DNA of 59,181 nucleotides from a virus (IMGVR_UViG_3300035670_000237:1-59181); one strand, 5' to 3'. Positions 26,225 to 35,807 are shown, counted from the stretch's first letter. Notes: generated by a model not told the origin, from the sequence alone. Program-made: numbers and translations.

Positions 26225-27835
26225 TCACAAATACGAGGCGGCGGCGAACCCCACGGAGTAGCTGGCGTACGCGCGGGAGAAGTCCAAGGGGCGGAAGCGA
26301 ACCCCGGCACCCGAGCCGTAGGGCCAGCTCCCGCGCGAGACCACACAGAGCTCATTGCGCACGTACTGGTAGTAGTAGTCCTGGCCGAACAGGTTGGTGC
26401 CGCTGGTGCTGACGCCACCAGCCTCGGGCATGCCCAGCATGGCGCGGGCCCGGCTGGCGGCGTCGTCCATGTCAAACACGGCGTTGGCGCCGTTGCCGTA
26501 GCGCTGCGCGTAACCGTTGCTCGGGTAGGTTGTCGCAAACTCCAAATCTACAGCATCCATCAGCGCAGCCACGCCCGTGGCGCCCCAATGGTCAGTGGCG
26601 CCTGAGTTGCCGCCAGTCACCACGGCAATGTCCGCCGACTCTTTCAATGCGTACCACGTACCGACGGTGCAGTTGCCGCCGCTGGTGTAGGCGCCGAAGG
26701 CCGTGCTGTCCACGCCGTCCAGGCTGAAGGTGTCGGCATCGATGACAGTGACTTTGAAGAGCTTGCTGTTGAGCTGTGTCATGCCGCCCACGCTCTCGAT
26801 CATGGCCACCTGCCCCGTGGTGTAGCCGTGGCCCGCAATGGTGATGGCGCACGGGTTGGCCTGCGTCGCGCCCGTGATCGTCTTGGTTGCGGCAATGCAG
26901 GTCATGCCGATGTTGATCTTCCAGATGTTTCCGGCCACGTCGGTGATGCCGTTGGCCTGCCCGTTGTGCGTGGTCTTGGCAAACGGCACACCCGAGCCGG
27001 TGAGCGCGAAGTTGGCGTTGAACGCGGCGCCCGCCGTGGTGAACACCACGCTCGTGTCGCTGGTGTCGCGCAAGGCGTTGTTGTTGTTTCCGCGCGGCGC
27101 GCTCACGCCGCTGGCGACCCACCAGGCGCAGTTGGTGGCGTTGACTGCAGCCTGGGCGTGCGCCTCGCTGATGCGGGTCAGCGCATCAGCCATGAAGATG
27201 GACTCGGGAAAGAACCGCGATCCGCGCGACTTGGCTGCCGCGATGGCTCCGCCGTAGTTGTTGGCCGGCGTCTGACCATTGGCCGTGCACGCGGAGAACC
27301 CCGTCTGCCCCGTGCTGGGCCCGCTGACCACGGGCGCGGCCAGCGCGATGGAACTCGCCGTGCCGCTGTTGTTGGAGCAGTCGTACTTGTCGCGGAAGAA
27401 GCCCGCCTGGTTGACGCCGTTGTTCTTGAAAGCGCGGTGCAGGTAGTAGCCCTGGGCGTTGGCTGCGGCTTCGCTGGCGAAGAAGGTGAGCGGCTTGGTG
27501 TCGATGCTGTTGACGCCGAACGCCGCGTACGTCGGGTTGTCGACGTGCCCGATGCGCAGGTAGTACGCCGGGATCCACACCATGACGGATCCGTCCGAGA
27601 ACTGGTAGTTGCCGTACTGATCGGAATACGGGTTCTCGGTACCGGCCAGCTTGCTGAAGCCGCTGGGTACGCTGGGCGCAATGCCGACCCCGTAGCCGCG
27701 CAAGCCCGGCGTGCCGATGTGGTTGACCTGCGGCGCCAGCCGCGTCAGCTCCTCGTTGAGGTTGACGAAGTTGGCGTCGACCTCGGCATTGGTCAGTGGG
27801 GCGCCCTTGCCGGCGCGGGTCAGGATGTCGGCCAT
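26225..27835 (-). CDS. DGR target: receptor-binding protein with C-type-lectin/FGE-like fold
   Basis: MVWIPAYY, GITDVAGNIW and C-terminal VR. Inserted TITGATQANP..HG...GMTQLN domain. N-terminal anchor motif KGAPLTNAEVDANF. Confidence 0.9.
   Translation of the reverse strand: MADILTRAGKGAPLTNAEVDANFVNLNEELTRLAPQVNHIGTPGLRGYGVGIAPSVPSGFSKLAGTENPYSDQYGNYQFSDGSVMVWIPAYYLRIGHVDNPTYAAFGVNSIDTKPLTFFASEAAANAQGYYLHRAFKNNGVNQAGFFRDKYDCSNNSGTASSIALAAPVVSGPSTGQTGFSACTANGQTPANNYGGAIAAAKSRGSRFFPESIFMADALTRISEAHAQAAVNATNCAWWVASGVSAPRGNNNNALRDTSDTSVVFTTAGAAFNANFALTGSGVPFAKTTHNGQANGITDVAGNIWKINIGMTCIAATKTITGATQANPCAITIAGHGYTTGQVAMIESVGGMTQLNSKLFKVTVIDADTFSLDGVDSTAFGAYTSGGNCTVGTWYALKESADIAVVTGGNSGATDHWGATGVAALMDAVDLEFATTYPSNGYAQRYGNGANAVFDMDDAASRARAMLGMPEAGGVSTSGTNLFGQDYYYQYVRNELCVVSRGSWPYGSGAGVRFRPLDFSRAYASYSVGFAAASYL
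26234..26351 (-). repeat. DGR variable repeat (VR)
   Basis: 24 mismatches to TR, 23 of them at TR adenines. Encodes the C-terminal SRGSW...SVGFAAAS. Confidence 0.95.
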
Positions 27836-27887
27836 GTGATCGGTCCTTGGTCTGTGGGGTGGGTCTTGCGGCGCGGTGCGCGCGCGC

Positions 27888-28349
27888 TCAGACGGCCGAC
27901 AGCGTGATCGTCCAGGTGATCGTCAGCGTGTCGTTGACGTCCTTGTTGACCACGGCAAACGTGGTGCGGCACAACATGTCGCCACCCGAGGAGGCGTTGA
28001 AGATGCCGGCTTCCGTGACGGCGCCGGTGGCGTCGCCGGCCTCGAAGCCACACACGTACTGCACCTGGTTGAGGTTGGCGCCCACCAAGGTGGTGGTGTC
28101 GATGGCCTCGCGCGCGCCCAGCAGTGACACCAGATCGGTCTGGCCGGCTGCGGCGGCCGTCGTGCCAGAGCCCAGGCCCATGTGCGTCATGACCCCCTTG
28201 GCGGTGCCGGTCATGCGGCTGGCAATGTAGGCCAGGCCGGCGCTGACGACGAGGTTGTCGACCTCGCGGGCGTCCTTGAGGGCGCCATCAGGGCCATGCA
28301 GCTCGATGTTGAGGCGGCCGGACAGCTTGAGGTTTTCGGCGGTGTTCAT
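27888..28349 (-). CDS. Virion structural protein (tail-fibre base-like)
   Basis: NLVV..G...MGLGSGTTA...EAGIFNASSGG.M.CRTTF..VNK..DTLTITWTI motif. Confidence 0.7.
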   Translation of the reverse strand: MNTAENLKLSGRLNIELHGPDGALKDAREVDNLVVSAGLAYIASRMTGTAKGVMTHMGLGSGTTAAAAGQTDLVSLLGAREAIDTTTLVGANLNQVQYVCGFEAGDATGAVTEAGIFNASSGGDMLCRTTFAVVNKDVNDTLTITWTITLSAV

Positions 28350-28397
28350 GGTGCGGGGTCCTTTCGGGTGTTGAAGTTGATTCGTTGCGGTGCGGCA

Positions 28398-29267
28398 TTA
28401 CCACGTGCGCAGCAGCCCCGCGTAGTCGCCGGCAAAGTAGTCGCTTGCATAGGTGGTTGGCATGGCCAGGGTGCCGGTGTCCAGCGCCCTGGAGGTGTGG
28501 CTGCGGCCTTTGGTCATGACGCGCCCGCCGAGCAAGTCACCCACGAAGATTGCTTCGGCGTTGTCCGTGTAGTCCTGGGCGAAGTAGCCGTCGGCGTACG
28601 CGACGCCGACAGCCTTGCCGCTCACAAACGAGGCCGCGTCGGCCAGGCGGGCTGTGTGGGTCGGCCCCTTGCTAAAGCCAAGCGACGGCAGCTCGGCCAC
28701 ACCTGCGCCATGGGACACCGGGCGCGACAGGCTCGCCGAGAACTGCTCGCTCGCCAGCGCTTTGTCGGTGGCGGTGTAGTCCTCGGCGAAGTAGTCGAGG
28801 GCGTAGATGGCCGGCAGTTCGCGCCCAAAGCTCGCCACACGGGACAGCGTGTCCTGCGCCTGAGCGGTGTCCGCTGCGAGCTTACCGGCCTGCCGCAGGC
28901 TGCCATCGGACAGCGCCAGGCCATGCGAAAGACCTTTGCCCGCATCCAGCCCGTCAATAGCCTCCGACACGCTGGCCACGGGGCTCAGCGCCTTGGTCAA
29001 GCCGATGGTCTGGTCGTCGTCAAGGCTCAGGACGCCACCCAGGTCATCGGTCGCGCCGACGGTGTGGGCCAGCTGCTTTTCCAGGCCAAGTGCGGCGGCA
29101 TCTAGCGCCGATGCGGTGTGCAGCGGCGCGCGCCGGTACTGCACCACGCGCACCAGCACATCGGCTGCCCGACCCACATCCACCGCCACAGGGTTGCGCG
29201 CCAGCGGGTCCAGCGTGACCGTGGCCGTCGCGGTGACGACGGTGATGGTGGCGCGCACGACCGACAC
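28398..29267 (-). CDS. Hypothetical virion-region protein with three YFAxDY repeats
   Basis: 289 aa ORF in operon order. Confidence 0.6.
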   Translation of the reverse strand: MSVVRATITVVTATATVTLDPLARNPVAVDVGRAADVLVRVVQYRRAPLHTASALDAAALGLEKQLAHTVGATDDLGGVLSLDDDQTIGLTKALSPVASVSEAIDGLDAGKGLSHGLALSDGSLRQAGKLAADTAQAQDTLSRVASFGRELPAIYALDYFAEDYTATDKALASEQFSASLSRPVSHGAGVAELPSLGFSKGPTHTARLADAASFVSGKAVGVAYADGYFAQDYTDNAEAIFVGDLLGGRVMTKGRSHTSRALDTGTLAMPTTYASDYFAGDYAGLLRTW

Positions 29268-29269
29268 GC

Positions 29270-29620
29270 TCAGAACTCCTCGCGCACCTTGAACCTCAGC
29301 CGGTCATAGACGGTTTGCACCGTTCCGTCGGCAAAGGTGATCTCGATCTCGCCCTCAAAGCTCCCGGCGGTGTCCAGCGCACCGGCTGGCCACAAGGCCT
29401 GCACGCGCCCGGCCGCGCCTGGTGTGGCGTTGGTCGCGGTGATCAGCTTCGTGCAAGCCAGCGTGGCCTTCAGTGTCTGGCCACCCAGCTCGCGAAACTT
29501 CACGACCACGCTCGTGCCCGTGTCGCTGACATCCATGGCGTCGCCCGTAGCCTCGTCAGCCAAGTCGATGACCAGCCGCGGGCGGGTGTCGCCCTGCACA
29601 AGAAGGATCCGGTCGGTCAT
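29270..29620 (-). CDS. BppU-N-like Ig-fold structural protein
   Basis: QGDTRP...D.AGSFEGEIEITFADG.VQTV motif. Confidence 0.65.
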   Translation of the reverse strand: MTDRILLVQGDTRPRLVIDLADEATGDAMDVSDTGTSVVVKFRELGGQTLKATLACTKLITATNATPGAAGRVQALWPAGALDTAGSFEGEIEITFADGTVQTVYDRLRFKVREEF

Positions 29621-29664
29621 GGGCGCTTGGCAGTGGGTGCGTGGGCGTCAGGTCAGGACAGGCC

Positions 29665-30384
29665 TCATCCAGCCGCCTGTTGACCGCTTGCAGCCATGGC
29701 TGCCTGCGGGCTGTTGGGGTTGCCCGGGCTGGTGGGCGCGACGCCGACGGTGGCCTTGATCTCCAGGCCCAGCGCGTTGGCAAAGGCGCCGTAATGCGCC
29801 GTGGCGCGGTTGGCGTTGCCGGCGTACTGGCTGTCCTTCATGTACGCGCGGTAAAGCACATAGTCCTGCAGCACGTTGCCGTAGATGTCAGGCACGCTGA
29901 TGTTGCCGCTGACACCGGTGTAGTCGGCGCCTTCGGCCGGCTCAGTGACATCGGTGGGCAGGGCGCTGTACACCAGCTCGACCGATGCGCCCGACGCCGC
30001 GGCCGGTGGGTAAACGTAAAAGGTCTTCGGATCGCGCGGGTCGAACATGTAGTGCTTGACCTCGGTGACGCCCGTGAGGTTGTGCCAACCCGGCGACTGC
30101 GCATCCAGGATCTCGCGCGAGCACAGGCGCACCGATTTCTTGTTGCCGCTGGTGTTGCGCACCACGTCAATCAGCTTGGTGCCGTTGGCCGGAATGCCTT
30201 GCTTGCTGCCAGCCACAAGCGCTTGCGAGGCATTGGTCACCATGGCATCAGGCCGATGGACGATGATCTCGCGCTGCCCATCGTTCAGATAGCGCACCAG
30301 CTCGGCAACAGGCCAGCGGATGGACGTGGTGTCCTGCAGCGTCTCGACGCAGCGGCGGATGATGCTCTGGGCGGTGATAGGCAT
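29665..30384 (-). CDS. Head-tail adaptor-like protein
   Basis: LQD...RW...ELVRYLNDGQREI...FYVYPP...YVLYRAYMKD. Confidence 0.7.
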   Translation of the reverse strand: MPITAQSIIRRCVETLQDTTSIRWPVAELVRYLNDGQREIIVHRPDAMVTNASQALVAGSKQGIPANGTKLIDVVRNTSGNKKSVRLCSREILDAQSPGWHNLTGVTEVKHYMFDPRDPKTFYVYPPAAASGASVELVYSALPTDVTEPAEGADYTGVSGNISVPDIYGNVLQDYVLYRAYMKDSQYAGNANRATAHYGAFANALGLEIKATVGVAPTSPGNPNSPQAAMAASGQQAAG

Positions 30385-30462
30385 GTTGTGTTCTCCGAGG
30401 ATCGTTTGCGTGCTGGAGTCAGGCTGCGCGGGGTGTACGTGGTGTGCGGGGCGCGCCGAGCA

Positions 30463-31086
30463 TCAGCACCACTTGGGCCGCGCGCGAGGCGTGCTGTTGG
30501 TGTGCCCCCGCCAGGCATCCACGCTGGCCGCTGCAACGGCGGCCTCAAACAACTGGCGCGACTCTTCGGCCGGCTTGGGCTTGTGCAGCGGCCCCGGCAC
30601 GCGCATCAGGCGATGCTTGGCACCCTCCACAATGGCCAGGCGGTGCTGGGAGGCGAGCAACGCTTCCAACCCGATGGCAGTGCGCGAAGGCGCCAGCGAT
30701 GCCTGCACCTGCAGTCGCGCTGCAGTACCAACGGTCTGGGTCAAGGTGACCACAACCCGGTCGGTGCTGCTGAGGGCAAGGCTGCCGCCATCGGCGTGCA
30801 GCGCCGTGTCTGCCGGCAGTGCGCGATGGCCCTGAACCACCACCGGACGACCGTCCAGCGTGGCCTGCTCGATGCGCACCACCTCGCTTTGCGCCGGCAG
30901 CTCGAGGTCGTACTCGCGCAGCGCGCTGCTGGTGACGGTGGGCTCAAGCCACACCATCCACACGCGCGTACGGCGCGCAAAGTCAATGGCCGCGTCGCGA
31001 AGCGCCTGATCCAGCGCGGGGTCAGGACAGCCCGGCACGTACACCAGCACGTCCGGGTAGAAGTCGCTCCAGGCGGTGATGGCCAT
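30463..31086 (-). CDS. Head-tail connector/adaptor-like protein
   Basis: VPGCPD...ALRDAAIDF.RRT..W motif. Position after the capsid genes. Confidence 0.65.
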   Translation of the reverse strand: MAITAWSDFYPDVLVYVPGCPDPALDQALRDAAIDFARRTRVWMVWLEPTVTSSALREYDLELPAQSEVVRIEQATLDGRPVVVQGHRALPADTALHADGGSLALSSTDRVVVTLTQTVGTAARLQVQASLAPSRTAIGLEALLASQHRLAIVEGAKHRLMRVPGPLHKPKPAEESRQLFEAAVAAASVDAWRGHTNSTPRARPKWC

Positions 31087-31105
31087 GGGCAGTCTTCAGC
31101 CTCGC

Positions 31106-31456
31106 TCAGGCGGCCGACTTGCGTGCAGTGCGCCGACGCGCCGGCGCCACAGGCGTCATCGCCTCCAGTGGCATGGCTGTTTCGATGACAGCATCGTCGT
31201 CGTCCTCGATGTCGTCGTCGTCAGCGTCGCCCCCGCCCGCTGCGCTTTGCAAAGCCATGGCCTCGTCGTAGTCGGCCACATTGGCTGGGTAGAAGTTTCC
31301 GGTGGCCAGCAGTGCAGCCACGTCGGCCGCATCGGTGACGTCGCACGACAGCTCGCCGCCGCTGTCAGGCCGGAACTCCCAGACCACCGAGGCATCGAGC
31401 CCTTGCGCCAGAACGACGCCGCTGCGGCGCGGCGCGATCGAGGTAATGAGTTTCAT
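31106..31456 (-). CDS. Hypothetical protein (acidic tract, basic tail)
   Basis: GGAG SD, ATG at 31456, operon order. Confidence 0.6.
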   Translation of the reverse strand: MKLITSIAPRRSGVVLAQGLDASVVWEFRPDSGGELSCDVTDAADVAALLATGNFYPANVADYDEAMALQSAAGGGDADDDDIEDDDDAVIETAMPLEAMTPVAPARRRTARKSAA

Positions 31457-31469
31457 GGGTCCTGGCTCC

Positions 31470-31499
31470 AAAAGACGAGGGGGAGTCGAACTCCCCCTC
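31470..31499 (-). terminator. Intrinsic terminator after the capsid/cement genes
   Basis: GAGGGGGAG stem, TTCGA loop, CTCCCCCTC, then GTCTTTT on the minus strand. Confidence 0.7.
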
Positions 31500-31585
31500 T
31501 CGTGTGCTGGTCGAGATGACGCGGCAGCACCAACACGTGCGCCGAGCCGGCTTCAGGGGGCTGCGCCGGGCTCAAGCACGCAGCG

Positions 31586-32035
31586 TCACACCGCGCGGTA
31601 CAGCAGCGTCAGCCCAACCTGCCCCGCCGCCTTGGTGGCGGCCGCGGCAGTGAACTTGACGCCCAGGGTCACATCGGCGGCGGGTGCTGCCATGCGCATG
31701 GCAGCCTTGGAAAGCGCCAGCGTGGCAGCCGTGCCGTCGCGGCTTGCTGTGATGCCGGACACCCAAACCTCGGACAGGTCAGTCGCGCCGGCATTGACGG
31801 GGCCGACGCTGGCGGTGATGGTCGGGCTGGCGTTGGTGTCAAGGTCGTCGCTGTCGTAGACCAGGCCCACCGGCACGCAGCCGGCCGGCAGGATGGCCAC
31901 CGCACCGGTGTCGTTGGCATCCAGGTCTGCGGCCACCAGGTCGATGGGGAAGCGCGCCGCAACCACCTCGCCGCCGGCCGGAAACGGCGCCGGCTTGCGG
32001 CCGGAGAGGTAATCGTTCGAGTTCGTGAAAGGCAT
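31586..32035 (-). CDS. Capsid cement/decoration protein (putative)
   Basis: 149 aa beta-rich ORF immediately after the major capsid gene. AAGGAG SD. Confidence 0.6.
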   Translation of the reverse strand: MPFTNSNDYLSGRKPAPFPAGGEVVAARFPIDLVAADLDANDTGAVAILPAGCVPVGLVYDSDDLDTNASPTITASVGPVNAGATDLSEVWVSGITASRDGTAATLALSKAAMRMAAPAADVTLGVKFTAAAATKAAGQVGLTLLYRAV

Positions 32036-32074
32036 GATCGGTACTCCTTACGGGTCGTTGCCGTGTGCTCGGGT

Positions 32075-33193
32075 TCAGCGGTTGGCCGCAGCGGTGTCCA
32101 TGCTGAACAGGCCGAAGTCCTGCGCACCCACGCCGTCATGCGTGAAGGTCACCTTCTTGATCCCGAAGATCGAGCTGGTCGTGATGACCACCTTGTCGCC
32201 GTTGTCACGGGTCTCCTCGTGCCAGTCGAAGCGCATGTTGGTGCCCGGCGAGCCGAAGGCCACTACCGCGGCCTGCGAGCCCATGAACAGGGCGCGCGCA
32301 GCCTCCACGTTGGCCCCAGAGCCTGCGTTGGCAAAGCGGATCACGTTGCGGTGCGAGTGCAGGATCACGCCGCGGTACATGCCCAGGCTGCCCTTGAACA
32401 AGGGGCTGTTGCGGCCCTCGGCGCCAGCTGCGGCTTTCTGGATGTCCAGCCACTGTCCGGTGGACGTGTCGGCGCGCAGGTCGTCCTCCTGGAACGTGTG
32501 CATGACCACGACAAACGTCTCGTTGCCGTCAATCTTGCACGGCTGCAGCACCGGGATGTTGGTGGCGCCGCCGCCCTGGCTGTCGGCGCGCGTCTTGGCG
32601 CGATCGATCAGGCGCAGGTTGAACTTGTCGTTCGCGTCCAGGTTGTTGTAGGCCGTGGCGTCACCGCCGTAAAGCGTGTGGTTCGCATCCGGCGCGACAA
32701 GGCCGTTGTTGGCGCGGCCGGTGTAGCCCAGCGGCAGCAGGAAGTTGGGGTTCACGCCGCGCGCACCCGACAGGTAGATGAACAGCAGCTCATCCATCAA
32801 GCGACCCCACCAGCTCGACTGCTGACGCTTGGCCTTCTCCCGCAGGTCGTGCAGGGTGCGCTTGCGGGTCATGCGCCCGCCGGTGTTCACGCCGCACCGG
32901 GCCTGGTCGATGTAGATCTGGTCGGTGTAGAACTTCTGACCCTCTTCCTTGCCCTCGAGGATGTCCTCGCCCTCGACAGGGGCCATCTTGAGCTCAGCCA
33001 GCAGGTCGTAGCTGATCTGCTCGCCAGCGTCGCTCTCCAGATCGGTCAGGATCTGGATGGGTACCTCGGCCTCGGCGCCGCGCGCCATGAAGCGTTGGTT
33101 GAAGTAGGACTTCTGCGACGTGTCGTACGCCAGAAGACCGGACCACTTCTTGATGGCCTTGGGATCGTTGACCCCGACGATGGTGCGAGCCAT
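32075..33193 (-). CDS. Major capsid protein, N4-gp56/DUF4043-like
   Basis: LEGKEE...IDQAR.GV..GG.MTRKRT.HDLR..A and PLFKGSLGMYRGVILH motifs. Strong SD. Confidence 0.9.
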   Translation of the reverse strand: MARTIVGVNDPKAIKKWSGLLAYDTSQKSYFNQRFMARGAEAEVPIQILTDLESDAGEQISYDLLAELKMAPVEGEDILEGKEEGQKFYTDQIYIDQARCGVNTGGRMTRKRTLHDLREKAKRQQSSWWGRLMDELLFIYLSGARGVNPNFLLPLGYTGRANNGLVAPDANHTLYGGDATAYNNLDANDKFNLRLIDRAKTRADSQGGGATNIPVLQPCKIDGNETFVVVMHTFQEDDLRADTSTGQWLDIQKAAAGAEGRNSPLFKGSLGMYRGVILHSHRNVIRFANAGSGANVEAARALFMGSQAAVVAFGSPGTNMRFDWHEETRDNGDKVVITTSSIFGIKKVTFTHDGVGAQDFGLFSMDTAAANR

Positions 33194-33257
33194 GGTGGAA
33201 ACACTCCTTGGGCACTGCCCAGTGGGAGCACTTCCTGCGCTCGATTGCGTTCAGGTT

Positions 33258-33359
33258 GCCATGCTTGGCACGAGGCCGGCATGTTCAACCCTTGGGATTG
33301 CGCCAACCGCGCGGCGATCGCCGTTGGCGCTGAGGAATCACTTTGTCATGCTTGCCACG
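33258..33359 (-). promoter_or_regulatory. Two tandem late promoter motifs upstream of the capsid gene (33258-33272, 33345-33359)
   Basis: CGTGCCAAGCATGG-CAACCT and CGTGGCAAGCATGA-CAAAGT. Confidence 0.65.
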
Positions 33360-33546
33360 AAGAGACCGCCTCGTCGCGGCTGTCGTCGCGGGCCCTTTCG
33401 ATGCGGATGTCCGGCGGCGCCGTCACCCGCAGGCGCACCAGCTGGCCTGACTTCTTGATGGGCTCCAGCACGGCTAGATGCTCATCGCCGTGCCGCGTCA
33501 GCGCAAGCCGATCGCCGGGTCGCAACTCGATGATCAAGGACGACAT
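33346..33546 (-). CDS. CsrA/RsmA-like small protein
   Basis: 66 aa. LIIELRPGDRL...KSGQLVRLRVTAPPDIRIER parallels CsrA LILTRRVGE...KGNQVRIGVNAPKEVSVHR. Confidence 0.6.
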   Translation of the reverse strand: MSSLIIELRPGDRLALTRHGDEHLAVLEPIKKSGQLVRLRVTAPPDIRIERARDDSRDEAVSSWQA

Positions 33547-33593
33547 GGAGCCTTGGCTGGTGGACTTTGATGGGTTGCTGGCTGTGCCGCGTG

Positions 33594-34559
33594 TCACGCT
33601 GCCCGGAGGAATTTTTCGCGCTGCGCTGGCGTCATGCGGGCAATGGCCGTCTCGTACTCCATGCCATCGAGTGCCAGCACATCGGCAAACTCGCCCGCCA
33701 CATCCCCAGGTCCATCTGACCCTGGAACCTGTGCCAACGTCGCAGGTACAGCGCTGACTGGTGGGCGGCGCCGCGCAGTCGCTTCCGCCACAGCGGTCGG
33801 CTGCGCAGGGGCAGCAGGGGTGCCGCTGGCCACTTGCGCCTGGGGCATGCCGTGCAGCGCCAGCACGCGCTTGTGCGCCTCGACCAGGAACCACTCCATC
33901 GGCTTGTCGGCATTGGCCTCTTGCTGACCGAGGTGACGCACAAACGCATCGAGGTCGCCGGCCTTGGCGGTGTCAGCGCGGTAGTCGATCGCGGCCTTGG
34001 CGCCGTCCATGAAGCGGTCGATGGTCGTGCGCCACTGTTGAGCGGCGGTCTGCTGCTGCATCTCCTGGCTGATCTCGGCCTTGGCGCGGGCAATAGTCAG
34101 AGCCTCACGATCGCGCAACAGTTCATCGCGCTGAGTCTCGAAATCGTCGAATTCGAGCTCGCCGGCGCGGAATGCCCGCTTGAGTTCGGCTTCGCGCTGC
34201 GTCAGCTCGCTGACCTTGGCTTCGTAGTCTGCGGGCAAAGCGGCGTCGTAGCGTGGCGCAGACGCCTGCGTGTTGCCTGGCGCGGCCGACGTGTCGTCAA
34301 CGGCGCCCGCCTGACTCTCCGCACCCGGTTTCGCGGCGACCTCGGCAGCCTTGCCTTCGATGGGCGCGGCGCTCGATTGGTCTGTCGTCGACCCTTCGTT
34401 GCCGTCGTCGTCATCGTCGGCGTCATCGTCATCGTCGGGCACGTCGGATGCCAGCTTCTGCATCGCGGCCAGCTCGTCGGCGTTGTAATCGTCACCCTTG
34501 ATGGCCTCTTGCTCTTCAGGCGTCAGGGTGGCCAGGGCGTCATCGCTCAGCGTACTCAT
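33594..34559 (-). CDS. Capsid scaffolding protein (putative)
   Basis: Acidic, coiled-coil, C-terminal MTPAQREKFL. Upstream of the major capsid gene. Confidence 0.75.
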   Translation of the reverse strand: MSTLSDDALATLTPEEQEAIKGDDYNADELAAMQKLASDVPDDDDDADDDDDGNEGSTTDQSSAAPIEGKAAEVAAKPGAESQAGAVDDTSAAPGNTQASAPRYDAALPADYEAKVSELTQREAELKRAFRAGELEFDDFETQRDELLRDREALTIARAKAEISQEMQQQTAAQQWRTTIDRFMDGAKAAIDYRADTAKAGDLDAFVRHLGQQEANADKPMEWFLVEAHKRVLALHGMPQAQVASGTPAAPAQPTAVAEATARRRPPVSAVPATLAQVPGSDGPGDVAGEFADVLALDGMEYETAIARMTPAQREKFLRAA

Positions 34560-34597
34560 GCGCGCTCTCCTTCGTTGGTTGGTCGCTCAAAACTCAA

Positions 34598-34801
34598 TCA
34601 GGACTCGTCGGATCCGCCTTCCGAAGCAACCTTGGCCACTTCCATCATGCGGCGCTTGGCCAGCGCTTTGGCCCTGGCGTAGCGCTTGGGGTCAGCTTCG
34701 ATCTTCTCGGCGTCAATAAGCGTTCGAAGGTCGGACTCGGCTTGCCAGTCGTCATCGGACGACGACGCAATGCCCAACGTGGGGCGCTTCTTGGTGGCCA
34801 T
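34598..34801 (-). CDS. Small hypothetical protein
   Basis: ATG at 34801. DWQAESDLRTL..AE.I..DPKR motif. Confidence 0.65.
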   Translation of the reverse strand: MATKKRPTLGIASSSDDDWQAESDLRTLIDAEKIEADPKRYARAKALAKRRMMEVAKVASEGGSDES

Positions 34802-34837
34802 GACAAGGTTCCTTGGGGTTGACGGTCTTCGCAGGCT

Positions 34838-34852
34838 GCCATGCTTGCCACG
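34838..34852 (-). promoter_or_regulatory. Putative late promoter motif, copy 5
   Basis: CGTGGCAAGCATGG-CAGCCT, intergenic. Confidence 0.7.
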
Positions 34853-34883
34853 ACTGCGGCGAGTGAACCGGTGTGCGCGGCGG

Positions 34884-35333
34884 CTACAGCAAGGCGGCCT
34901 CGGCGGCGCGTCGGCGCACCAGGCCTGGCAGGCGTCTGCCGCCGCCATAGACCCAGCGCGCCAGCTCCGCGTGGGCATTAGCCCAATCACGCTCGTTCAC
35001 TCGCCGCCGAAGGGTCGAAGACCGGTACCGAGGGACGCCCAAGTTGTAGGCGAAATCTGTCAACGCACCAAGGGCCTGCGGACGCGCCAGAAGCCCCGGA
35101 GACGCGCGCAACACGCCCGGCAGATAGGTCGATGCCAGTTCATGCATCAACCAAGCCTCTGCGGTTTCCTTGTCGATCGGCTCGTCGTCCATGCTGACTC
35201 GAGTGCCGTCGGGCTTGTTGACCGTGCCGTAGCCAATGGTGGGGTAACCCGCAGGGCAGATGTAAGGGCGCAGGCGCAGACCCTCAAACTTGCGGCACAG
35301 GCCGGCCGCAATGTCCAGGGCTTCGCGCATCAA
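34884..35333 (-). CDS. Endolysin, GH24 lysozyme
   Basis: FEGLRLRPYICPAGYPTIGYG, FAYNLG, LPGLVRRRAAEA. Confidence 0.93.
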   Translation of the reverse strand: MMREALDIAAGLCRKFEGLRLRPYICPAGYPTIGYGTVNKPDGTRVSMDDEPIDKETAEAWLMHELASTYLPGVLRASPGLLARPQALGALTDFAYNLGVPRYRSSTLRRRVNERDWANAHAELARWVYGGGRRLPGLVRRRAAEAALL

Positions 35334-35806
35334 ACCTTCCCTGCGTTGCGATCAATGGCGCGGCCAACAAACCAGAACGAGATGATCATGAACAGGATGG
35401 CCACGTCGTCTTGGTTCCACAGAGACAGCAGCACTTCCTTCCACGCCCCGCCCTGCTCTACTGCGATCAGGTACGAAGCCACTTTGACGGCAAAGTAGGC
35501 GCCGACAAAAGCGTAGGTGATAGTCGGCCGCACCAGCGCCGAGATGGCGGAGACAAACTTGCCCGCCGCCCGTGAGGTCTTGCTCTGCTCTTGGAACGCC
35601 TTGCCGATCGCACCCATCTCCTCAACGGTAATAGCCGCGTCCACTTGGCGCATGGCGATCTCGCCCTTCATGCGGGCAAACTCCATTTCCGCCTTGAGCA
35701 TCGCAAGCTCATGCGACCTCTCGTTTTTTTTGTCGAAGACCTTGAACACCTCGGGCGCCAGACGAAGCAGCCCGCCAAACACGCCGCCAAGTAACGTCTC
35801 CAGCAT
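35330..35806 (-). CDS. Holin (3-TM type, putative)
   Basis: ALVRPTITY...ISFWFVGR motif and hydrophobic helices. Overlaps the lysozyme start. Confidence 0.75.
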   Translation of the reverse strand: MLETLLGGVFGGLLRLAPEVFKVFDKKNERSHELAMLKAEMEFARMKGEIAMRQVDAAITVEEMGAIGKAFQEQSKTSRAAGKFVSAISALVRPTITYAFVGAYFAVKVASYLIAVEQGGAWKEVLLSLWNQDDVAILFMIISFWFVGRAIDRNAGKV

Positions 35807-35807
35807 G

